From assembly GCA_047619465.1 (NCBI GenBank), contig JBLHJW010000003.1:1-36496 (forward strand): DNA of 36,496 nucleotides, read 5' to 3'. The notes beneath the pieces are model-generated. The model made no database searches and had not been told where the DNA came from. It saw only the letters and a program-made list of their open reading frames with translations. A program made the translations under genes and the position numbers. This DNA is from Minisyncoccia bacterium. GTDB lineage: Bacteria; Patescibacteriota; Minisyncoccia; Phycocordibacterales; CSBR16-119. Below are positions 27,438 to 35,710 of the stretch, one piece after another. The stretch's first letter is position 1; each line of letters starts with the position of its first letter.

Positions 27438-28829
27438 ATGAAAAAAACCGGTCAGAGCGGGAGAATACCACCCCATAGCATAGAGAGTGAGCAGGCTGTT
27501 TTAGGAGCGATTATGCTTCGCGCTGATGCTATTCACGATGTGATAGACATGCTTATTCCAGCGACTTTCTATAGTGAAAAACACCGAATGATATACAAAG
27601 CAATGTTGGACCTTTCAACTAAGTCAGAGCCTATTGATCTAGTCTCTGTCTCTGCCAAGTTGGAAGAGAAAAAAGAGCTTGAGGCTATTGGAGGAAGATC
27701 ATACTTAATAGATCTAACAAACACGGTTCCCGCTGCAACAAACGTTAAACACTACGGAAACATCGTAGATAAAAAATTTCTTTTAAGATCTCTAATCAAT
27801 GCAGCAGATACTATTGTGGAACTTGGTTTCAATGATGACGCAACTGAAGTTGGCGATATTCTTGATATGGCAGAGAAGCAAATATTCTCCATTACGGGAA
27901 ACCCAAAAGGTGCAAAATTCATATCTATTAAGGAGTCACTGAAAGAAACATGGGAACAGCTGGAAAAACTTCAAGATTCAGAAGATGGTATTCGAGGTGT
28001 CCCTACTGGATACCCGTCTCTGGATAACTTACTCTCTGGGCTTCAGCCATCTGACCTAATTATTCTTGCGGCTCGTCCTTCCATGGGAAAAACTACTTTA
28101 GCACTAGATATGGCACGACACGCCGCTACAAAGCACAATGTTCCTGTTGCAATATTCTCACTCGAGATGAGCGCAAACCAGCTTACTCAACGTATGCTAG
28201 CAGCTGAGTCCCAGGTGAACGCTTGGAACTTGCGAACCGGTAAAATTAAAGATGAGAATGATTTTGAGAAAATTAGAGATGCTCTAGGAACCCTTTCAAA
28301 AGCTCCTATCTATATTGACGATATGGCAGGAAACTCTATCGTAAAGATGAAAGCTGTTTGTCGTAGACTGAAGTCAGAACATGGACTAGGTCTAATTGTT
28401 GTTGATTACCTGCAACTTATGTCTGCCGGAAAGAACTTCGACTCTATGGTAAACCAAGTTACAGAGATATCACGATCTCTAAAGGCTCTTGCTCGTGAAG
28501 TAGACGCGCCTGTTCTAGCCCTATCTCAGCTCTCCCGTGCTGTGGAAGCACGTGGAGGAAAACCTCGACTGTCTGACCTTCGTGACTCCGGATCTATTGA
28601 GCAGGATGCTGATGTGGTAATGTTTATTCACAGAGAAGACAGAATGGGGTCACGATCAGACGATGAGAATACCGGAATGGCAGAAATCCTAATTGAGAAG
28701 CACCGAAATGGACCTGTTGGAAAAGTGGACCTATTCTTTGATGAGAAAACCAGCACTTTCATGTCTATTGAGAAAAGTGATATGGGTGGATTTGCTAACA
28801 GCGGAGGAGGATCACTAGACGATTTTTAA
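27438..28829 (+). CDS. dnaB: Replicative DNA helicase
   Basis: PPHSIESEQAVLG, AARPSMGKT, VVDYLQLM, LSQLSR, DLRDSGSIEQDAD, KHRNG. Confidence 0.98.
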   Translation: MKKTGQSGRIPPHSIESEQAVLGAIMLRADAIHDVIDMLIPATFYSEKHRMIYKAMLDLSTKSEPIDLVSVSAKLEEKKELEAIGGRSYLIDLTNTVPAATNVKHYGNIVDKKFLLRSLINAADTIVELGFNDDATEVGDILDMAEKQIFSITGNPKGAKFISIKESLKETWEQLEKLQDSEDGIRGVPTGYPSLDNLLSGLQPSDLIILAARPSMGKTTLALDMARHAATKHNVPVAIFSLEMSANQLTQRMLAAESQVNAWNLRTGKIKDENDFEKIRDALGTLSKAPIYIDDMAGNSIVKMKAVCRRLKSEHGLGLIVVDYLQLMSAGKNFDSMVNQVTEISRSLKALAREVDAPVLALSQLSRAVEARGGKPRLSDLRDSGSIEQDADVVMFIHREDRMGSRSDDENTGMAEILIEKHRNGPVGKVDLFFDEKTSTFMSIEKSDMGGFANSGGGSLDDF

Positions 28830-28832
28830 AAT

Positions 28833-29459
28833 ATGAGCAGCATAGAAGAACTAGCACAACTATTTAGAAAATTCCCTGGAATTGGCGAACGACAAGCCAA
28901 GCGTTTTGTCTACTTTCTACTCAAGTCACGTCCAGAGTACGTAGAAAAGCTTTTACAAGAAATAAGGAATACTAGAAACAATACAAAGGTTTGCCAGGAA
29001 AGCTACCAATTCTTTGTTGCAGACGAACAGAGCTCCACAATTTCTTTTATTGCCAGAGATCCATCACGAGATAAAACAAAGCTCTTGATAGTAGAAAAAG
29101 ATACCGACCTACAGAATATTGAGAAAATGAGGGTGTACGATGGAAACTATTTTGTTCTAGGTGGTTCACTTCCCTACCTTGCTGAAAATCCAGAGAGACT
29201 CATTCGAATAAATGAATTAAAAGCCATTATTGAAATGAAAGTAAAGAGAGACTCTTTGACTGAAATAATCTTTGCTCTTTCTGCCACACCTCAAGGAGAA
29301 CATACTGAAGAATATATAAAAAATAATGTTAGCGAAATAGTATCGAAAAATAGTTTAAAGCTATCACACTTAGGACGAGGACTTTCTACTGGACTTGAAA
29401 TTGAGTACTCCGATAAAGACACGTTTGAGAATGCTTTTAATCATCGCTCTGAAGTATAA
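28833..29459 (+). CDS. recR: Recombination mediator RecR
   Basis: HhH FPGIGERQAKR, Toprim LLIVE..D, EIIFALSATPQGE, GLEIEYSD. Confidence 0.92.
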   Translation: MSSIEELAQLFRKFPGIGERQAKRFVYFLLKSRPEYVEKLLQEIRNTRNNTKVCQESYQFFVADEQSSTISFIARDPSRDKTKLLIVEKDTDLQNIEKMRVYDGNYFVLGGSLPYLAENPERLIRINELKAIIEMKVKRDSLTEIIFALSATPQGEHTEEYIKNNVSEIVSKNSLKLSHLGRGLSTGLEIEYSDKDTFENAFNHRSEV

Positions 29460-29471
29460 ATTGAGTATCAA

Positions 29472-29500
29472 AAAAGGCGGAACAAATTGTTCCGCCTTTT
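29472..29500. terminator. Bidirectional terminator
   Basis: AAAAGGCGGAACAA-A-TTGTTCCGCCTTTT. Confidence 0.88.
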
Positions 29501-29513
29501 GTATTAAATTAAA

Positions 29514-32500
29514 TTAATGAGATAGAATCTTCACAGACCCTTCATCATTGCTTCCTGTCCAAACAACGATCTGTCGTCCGAAGGTTACATCACCTCGAAC
29601 AATGTCATTTAGTTTTACTAGGTTACGAGAAAGTTCTCGTCCGCTAATATCAACAACTTTTCCAGACGCATTGGGACTCCTAGATAGAATTTCCTTTATT
29701 CCATTAGGTTCCGTTTCCAACAAGTAAGTTTCTGTTGTCGCAGGGTAAAGTCCGCCACCAACTTTAACAAACATCTTGAAAAAGTATAAGGTAGCTGAAT
29801 TTAGCTCCTCCATAGCGAAAAGATATTCGCCATCGAGTATTCCATCCTGAACGGGAGTAAAATTCTCGTTAGGAGTTAGCTGTCCATATCCAACATAAAG
29901 TTCGACATCTTCAACTCCGTTAATATCCACGTACCAACTAACGGATGCCGCGTTATGATAGATCAAAGTATATGGACCATCATAAACAACAACAGAGTCA
30001 ACTGGTTCTGGAGGTGTAATTGGACCCTCATCGGTCGTAAAATACAACCAAGGACCAGTATACAAATCTCCGGAATTGTCATACAAGATTCCTCTTGCTG
30101 ACACAAACTCACCAGCAGACAAGCCACTCAAACCTTGAGTGTAAACTCCTTGAGAGCTCACAGACTGGAATGTTGAATTCAAAGTATTATTCATGAACTC
30201 ATATTCGACCCGGAAACTTACTCCAGGTAAATTACCATTTGTCAGTACAAAGGTTAGCATGGCAGTATTGATACCAACAGAAACAGTGTCACTGTTGGTA
30301 ATCATTGGAACAGGAGGCTCAACCACTACAACTGGACCTAAGTCCGTTATAAACTGCTGAATTGGTCCTAGAACCATGACATTGCCCAGACCGTCTAAAA
30401 GTCTTGCCTGATACAAACACGTAGAACCAGCTGGTAAACCATTCAAACTTGTCGTGTACAAACCATCTAGAGGTATTGACTGTTGAGCCGAATACATAAC
30501 CTGGCCCTGAACTGTGTATTTGTAGTCATGAAAAAGACCTATCCAATCACCCATTACGATATTTGAAACTAGTGTTGCTGACGTTGAATCAACAACAAGA
30601 GTATCACTGTTCAGTATTACAGGATTCACAACAACAATCACAGGACCTTCGTCCGTAGTGAACTGTTCCCATGATGACTGATAAAACATTCCATACTGGT
30701 TAGATAATTCTACTTGCCACGACACCAACGTTCCTACTGGAAGTGGGTTTAGGTTTGCGAGATAGTTTCCCCAAGTTGGTGACATCACACTTGGTGGTGT
30801 CGAGAATGTCATACTATTGTACGAGTAGTTTACACTGTACATAGTATTCAGTGAGTCATTTGCTGCTCCTTCGAAGCCAACAGTTGCCGCTGTTGAATCA
30901 ACACTAAGCGTGTCAAGATTCATAACAACTGGACCCTCTAAAGGATCTGGTGGCAGAATTACAGGACCTTCGTCCGTAGTAAATTGCTCCCATGAAGACG
31001 ACTGAAAAACTCCATACTGGTTAGATAATTCTACTTGCCAGAAAACCAACCTTCCCGAAAGAAGTGGATTCAAATTAACAAGATAGCTACCCCAAGTTTG
31101 AGACATCGCACTTGGAGCTGTCGAGAATGCCATGTTGTCGTAATTATAATTTATACGATACATGGTATTTAGAGAATCATTGGCTTCACCCTGGAAACCA
31201 ACAACTGCCCCCGTTGAATCAACACTAAGCGTGTCAAGATTTACAACAACCGGACCAAACAACTGCACTGGTGGCACAATCGTGTCAGGCAATGCAGGAA
31301 GCGTAAAGAAATTGTTAAATTGCGCTTCTGAATATCCACCACTACTATTAGTGGCATCCATTGTAAACCAGACAATGACCGTCTGACCAATTTGTCTGTA
31401 CGGATCACCATCAAAGCTAAGTGAGGAATTTGTTGCTCCTGTAATATTCTCAGTTGCAACTGGCACGTTGATCACCTGTGGGTTCAATCCAATTTTCACT
31501 CTCGTGTCTGCCGTAGCAGCAGGATTGCTTATATCTGGATTACACCAGTATGAGATCTGTACCCACCCAGTGATTGGATCATAAAATCCATTTCCCATGT
31601 TTATTTGAGGAAGTACTCCAGGTCCGGCAATCGCGAACGATCCACCATCTTGGTACTGACCAACTGTGTCAGTAATCTCAATAGACCAATCATACGTAGT
31701 GTTGAAAACTCCCGAAAGAGCAAAACAAGACGCCCCAGACCACTCGAAAGTGGTATCTAGTAAAACTGGACCATTTAATGCAGCCTGAACAATTAATTCA
31801 ACTGTAGCTCCGTTCGAATCCTGACTAATCACATCATCTAAACAAAACGTATAACTGTTTGTGTTTATCTGCTGTGTGTATGTAGCCGTTGGACCATCTG
31901 CATTTGCAGTGGAGAACACTCTATTCACAGTTTCTGTTTGCGAATCCACATTCTGAGTCAGTGTTACCTGAACAGCATAACTTGTATTCACAACAGTACC
32001 GCTAATAGGTATAGCTAAACCAGTACTTGGGCCCTGTGGAACTGTTCCACCTGGGAAAGTTCCTAATCCTGGAACATATACTGAAACATTTCCACCTCCG
32101 CCAAAGACGGTGGCATCAACGTAAACAACAGAATTATACCAATCCAAAACAACAATAGTGTCTATGGAAAGAATAGGATTGTCATAGCCGGTCGTAGCTA
32201 AATTCGCTGTGTAGACCTGCGGATCACCCAAACTGTTATTTACAGTAAGGACCGCAGTGACAGGTGTCTCTGACGTCCAAATAGGAATCCATTGACATCC
32301 ATCTGTCGAATCAGCAAAAGCATATGTAGATGCAAGAATTGTATCTACTCCAACAACATACTCAAGTGTTACTGAACCCGTAAGGTCATTCGACTGAGCA
32401 TCAAAACAAACGAGAACTGAGTCTACGTTTGATCCTCCGTCTGAGACGGAACCTGTTGGAAGCTCGGGAAGCGTAGTTGTAAAAGTGTCTGGCACGAATG

Positions 32501-33185
32501 CTGACGATTCATTTATCAACTGATCCTCTGCATAGGCTTGAACCCAGTACGAGTTTCCTGGTAGAAGTCCAAATATACTCAAGTCGGCTTCAGCATTTGG
32601 TCCTTGCACATAGGCAGAACCAGCAGACCACTGAGCTGACCCTGGGCCAACTGCAATGTCGTAGTACCAATAACGCACATAAGCACCCGCATGGGCATCA
32701 AGTGACGTTCTGATATTTAGCGAAGTCTGCAATGCTTCAAGCAGAACAATTCCGGAGATAATAGGCTGATCGTGTTCCCACATGGTGGTCCCACTAATAG
32801 CGTAAGTACTGACTTCGGAATAAACCGAATCAGTCCCCCCAGTTGTATCTGCAACTTGTCCAACGATAATATATCCGTTGGTTTCATTCTCGTATAGACC
32901 TTCCACATAGTGAGGCATAGGAATGGTGTTCCCTTCGTAATACGTAGTATCCGATCGGTGCATTCCATCCTCTGACTCTGTGTAGAATCTTCCCACCAAG
33001 TTTGACGTTGCTGGATTGATGTTTACTCCACCTTTGCCGTAAACGACAAGACTTGAATCTGTAAGTGTATAGTTCTCATACGTTGCCGTAGAGTCGATAA
33101 ACACATTCGGAGTTGGTGTTTGAGCGCTAGCCCAATTAGTAATTGCCACTATGGCGATTACCAAACTTAGCATTTTTCTTTTCAT
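29514..33185 (-). CDS. Large secreted beta-rich protein, 1223 aa, with FN3-like repeats and a T9SS-CTD-like tail (class-B unit)
   Basis: Start MKRKML at 33185; signal peptide ends ASA|Q; ~100-aa modules ending F(T/I)TD.GP; tail GIKEI..KVVDISGREL..G..IV..VKI; TTGACT(33257)-17-TAGGTT. Confidence 0.85.
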   Translation of the reverse strand: MKRKMLSLVIAIVAITNWASAQTPTPNVFIDSTATYENYTLTDSSLVVYGKGGVNINPATSNLVGRFYTESEDGMHRSDTTYYEGNTIPMPHYVEGLYENETNGYIIVGQVADTTGGTDSVYSEVSTYAISGTTMWEHDQPIISGIVLLEALQTSLNIRTSLDAHAGAYVRYWYYDIAVGPGSAQWSAGSAYVQGPNAEADLSIFGLLPGNSYWVQAYAEDQLINESSAFVPDTFTTTLPELPTGSVSDGGSNVDSVLVCFDAQSNDLTGSVTLEYVVGVDTILASTYAFADSTDGCQWIPIWTSETPVTAVLTVNNSLGDPQVYTANLATTGYDNPILSIDTIVVLDWYNSVVYVDATVFGGGGNVSVYVPGLGTFPGGTVPQGPSTGLAIPISGTVVNTSYAVQVTLTQNVDSQTETVNRVFSTANADGPTATYTQQINTNSYTFCLDDVISQDSNGATVELIVQAALNGPVLLDTTFEWSGASCFALSGVFNTTYDWSIEITDTVGQYQDGGSFAIAGPGVLPQINMGNGFYDPITGWVQISYWCNPDISNPAATADTRVKIGLNPQVINVPVATENITGATNSSLSFDGDPYRQIGQTVIVWFTMDATNSSGGYSEAQFNNFFTLPALPDTIVPPVQLFGPVVVNLDTLSVDSTGAVVGFQGEANDSLNTMYRINYNYDNMAFSTAPSAMSQTWGSYLVNLNPLLSGRLVFWQVELSNQYGVFQSSSWEQFTTDEGPVILPPDPLEGPVVMNLDTLSVDSTAATVGFEGAANDSLNTMYSVNYSYNSMTFSTPPSVMSPTWGNYLANLNPLPVGTLVSWQVELSNQYGMFYQSSWEQFTTDEGPVIVVVNPVILNSDTLVVDSTSATLVSNIVMGDWIGLFHDYKYTVQGQVMYSAQQSIPLDGLYTTSLNGLPAGSTCLYQARLLDGLGNVMVLGPIQQFITDLGPVVVVEPPVPMITNSDTVSVGINTAMLTFVLTNGNLPGVSFRVEYEFMNNTLNSTFQSVSSQGVYTQGLSGLSAGEFVSARGILYDNSGDLYTGPWLYFTTDEGPITPPEPVDSVVVYDGPYTLIYHNAASVSWYVDINGVEDVELYVGYGQLTPNENFTPVQDGILDGEYLFAMEELNSATLYFFKMFVKVGGGLYPATTETYLLETEPNGIKEILSRSPNASGKVVDISGRELSRNLVKLNDIVRGDVTFGRQIVVWTGSNDEGSVKILSH
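30637..31257 (-). repeat. Tandem intragenic duplication, period 321 nt
   Basis: ACAGGACCTTCGTCCGTAGT occurs at 30640 and 30961; NLDTLSVDST..WQVELSNQYG..WEQFTTDEGPVI occurs twice. Confidence 0.92.
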
Positions 33186-33240
33186 TCTTATTGATTTTTT
33201 TATTAATGTTCTACTTATATTTGAGTTAAACCTACCATAG

Positions 33241-33259
33241 TATTGACAAAAAGTCAATA
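33241..33259. promoter_or_regulatory. Palindrome containing two opposed TTGAC boxes
   Basis: TATTGAC-AAAAA-GTCAATA between the divergent large gene and rsmE. Confidence 0.5.
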
Positions 33260-33294
33260 TGTATCCATGGTTATCATCTTGGTAGACTAGAACC

Positions 33295-33981
33295 ATGAAA
33301 ATTCATCGATTCTTCAGCCCTTCCATAGATAAGACGGATGAGATAACTATCTCTGACAGGGATTTAGTACACCAAATGCACAATGTACTCAAGCTCCAGA
33401 ATGGAGAGTTTGTAGAGCTATTTGACGGCTCTGGGGACGCTTTACTAGGTGAGATAGGTGATGTTTCTAAGAAATCCCTAATTCTAAATAAGAAAGAGGT
33501 TAAGTCTGTAGAAGATACTCGAAAAGATATCTTTGCCTATATTCCCCTCCTGAAGCGATCCAATACAGAACTGATGATTCAAAAGCTAACTGAACTTGGT
33601 ATCAAAAATATAATCCCAATCAAAACTGACAGAACTATCAAGTCTGATGTAAATTTAGATAGACTGAAGAAAATATCACTTGAAGCTACCGAGCAATCTG
33701 GCCAGTACTTCCTGTCAAAAATAAGTGAGCCTATTAAACTAAAAGACGCCATAGAAATAGCGTCTGGTACAGATATATTTGTTTTGGATATGGGAAGAGA
33801 ATCCTTCCGAGACAACAAGCGTGATTACCCACTATCTTTCTTTATTGGCCCTGAAGGAGGTTGGACAGACGAAGAGCGAGAACTATTCAAAGGGTCATCT
33901 GCAAAAATTGTATCCCTCACAGAAACTACTTTGCGTGGAGAAACTGCCGCTATTAATGCCGCATACGAAAGCCTTGTGTAA
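33295..33981 (+). CDS. rsmE: 16S rRNA (uracil1498-N3)-methyltransferase
   Basis: HNVLKL, QKLTELG, EATEQS, FIGPEGGW, LRGETAA; TGG-TAGACT 6 nt before the ATG. Confidence 0.95.
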   Translation: MKIHRFFSPSIDKTDEITISDRDLVHQMHNVLKLQNGEFVELFDGSGDALLGEIGDVSKKSLILNKKEVKSVEDTRKDIFAYIPLLKRSNTELMIQKLTELGIKNIIPIKTDRTIKSDVNLDRLKKISLEATEQSGQYFLSKISEPIKLKDAIEIASGTDIFVLDMGRESFRDNKRDYPLSFFIGPEGGWTDEERELFKGSSAKIVSLTETTLRGETAAINAAYESLV

Positions 33982-34038
33982 AAAAATACGACCTCTCCAA
34001 TCGTAGAGGTCGCTTATTATACCTTTTCTTAAAGTTGT

Positions 34039-34437
34039 CTATTTTTCTTGAAGCGGGGGTAGCATTACCCAATTAATGGCAGGAAATTTACTGTAACCAC
34101 CATTAGAGTTTTCGCCATCCATGGAAAACCATAATCGAACAGTTTTATCAACTTCCCGAAATGGGTTGCCATCAAACTCAAAAGAATAGTTTCCAACTTC
34201 TGAAATTTCTTTTACTGCGACAATGGTATTTATACTATCCGGGCTTGTACCGACTTTTAGTGTGGCTACACCTGTAGCAAACTGATCAGTTGGGTCTGGT
34301 TTGAACCAAAAACCAATACTGACATGGTTACTTTCGGAATCTATATACGCGTTACCCATATTCATCATTTGGCCATTAACCAAATTATTAGCTATTATTA
34401 ATATAGCAATAGCTAGACTTAAAGTTTTGATTCGCAT
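34039..34437 (-). CDS. Secreted single-domain paralog of part of the 1223-aa protein (class-B unit)
   Basis: Signal peptide ends VNG|Q; TTGACA(34489)-16-TAAACT; hairpin at 33989-34012. Confidence 0.85.
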   Translation of the reverse strand: MRIKTLSLAIAILIIANNLVNGQMMNMGNAYIDSESNHVSIGFWFKPDPTDQFATGVATLKVGTSPDSINTIVAVKEISEVGNYSFEFDGNPFREVDKTVRLWFSMDGENSNGGYSKFPAINWVMLPPLQEK

Positions 34438-34478
34438 TTTCTTCAGTTTTCGTTTTTTTACAGTTTACCATAAACAAG

Positions 34479-35189
34479 TTATTTGTCAAGTTTATAAATA
34501 TTATTAAAAATAGCCTTGATTTCCTTAGTAGATATAACTCTTGCGTCATCAACCTTATAATCCCCTATTGATGTTCGTCTGAGCGCTGAAAGTGTAGCTG
34601 GCACGCCAAGCCGGTCCCCCAGTTCACGAGCAAGACTGCGAATATATGTTCCTGATCCAACATCAAAAGTTACTGAAAGATATATCTCACTTCCCTTTCT
34701 CTCTATGTCTTTTATTTCAGCTGAAATAATATTCATGGTTTTTATGGGAACATCTATAGCCTGACCCTTGCGAGCATATTTGTAGAGAGCCTTTCCGTCA
34801 CGTTTTATGGCGGAGTACACAGGCACAGCAATCTCCTGTTCTCCAGCTAGAGTTTTTACTTTTACTCTAATATCATCATCGCTCAAAGTACTTGCATCTG
34901 CCTCAGCGACAATCTCCCCTTCTAGGTCATCTGTTGTTGTCTGCTTCCCAAGCAGTATCATAGAATCATAAGTTTTCGATTCTCCTATAAGACCCGTCAA
35001 ACTTTTTGTCATCTTTCCAAGTCCAACTAGTAGCAGGCCTGTAGCTCTAGGGTCCAGAGTTCCAGCGTGTCCTATCTTAATCTTGGGATAACCAGCCTCC
35101 CTATATTCGCGTTTCAAAAAACGGATCACATCGTATGATGTGACTCCAAAAGGCTTGTCTATAAGTAATAGTTCCGACTCAGGATTCAT
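34479..35189 (-). CDS. truB: tRNA pseudouridine(55) synthase
   Basis: LLIDKP.G.TS, KIGHAGTLDPRATGLL, P.YSAIK, GTYIRSLA; start moved to MNPES at 35189. Confidence 0.96.
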   Translation of the reverse strand: MNPESELLLIDKPFGVTSYDVIRFLKREYREAGYPKIKIGHAGTLDPRATGLLLVGLGKMTKSLTGLIGESKTYDSMILLGKQTTTDDLEGEIVAEADASTLSDDDIRVKVKTLAGEQEIAVPVYSAIKRDGKALYKYARKGQAIDVPIKTMNIISAEIKDIERKGSEIYLSVTFDVGSGTYIRSLARELGDRLGVPATLSALRRTSIGDYKVDDARVISTKEIKAIFNNIYKLDK

Positions 35190-35289
35190 AGACAATACTT
35201 TATGAAAAATACGCCAAACAATCAAGTGCTGCGTGTTTGACAAAATAACATTCAGGGTATAGTCTCAGTACAAACAAAAGAAAGAAGTA

Positions 35290-35658
35290 ATGTTCACATA
35301 TGGAGAACTTGGGCCAAAAGTAGGCCGCCAACTAATCAAAATTAAGCAAGGAATAATTTCAAACAAGGAAACTATTTCTGATTTCAAAAAAACACACGCG
35401 TGGTCAAAAGACCTTCTTTCAGAAGAAGGTGGGGAGTCTAAAATCTTTAATAATCTGGTAAGCGGAGAAGTCACTATTAGATCTAAGAGACTAACTAAGG
35501 AACCGGTAGAGAAAAAACTACCTGTTACCCACCAGGAAAAACCATATGCCGCTGAAGTTTCTGTTTGTGGAAAAGACTACATTTTGCGAATTCTTTGCGG
35601 AAAGAACTCACAGCATAAATATGTTGTACATGAGTACGAACTGGAAAAAATACTATAA
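35290..35658 (+). CDS. Hypothetical basic protein (class-B unit)
   Basis: TTGACA(35237)-17-TAGTCT, A-rich leader, terminator at 35662-35685. Confidence 0.78.
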   Translation: MFTYGELGPKVGRQLIKIKQGIISNKETISDFKKTHAWSKDLLSEEGGESKIFNNLVSGEVTIRSKRLTKEPVEKKLPVTHQEKPYAAEVSVCGKDYILRILCGKNSQHKYVVHEYELEKIL

Positions 35659-35710
35659 ATTAAGGCGACCTTGAGTCGCCTTTTTATTTTATATAAAGTA
35701 TACTTTTCTC

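Noticed and set aside
33186-33296. N-terminal extension of the 1260-aa ORF
   Set aside because: It covers the promoter and leader; the signal peptide begins at 33185.
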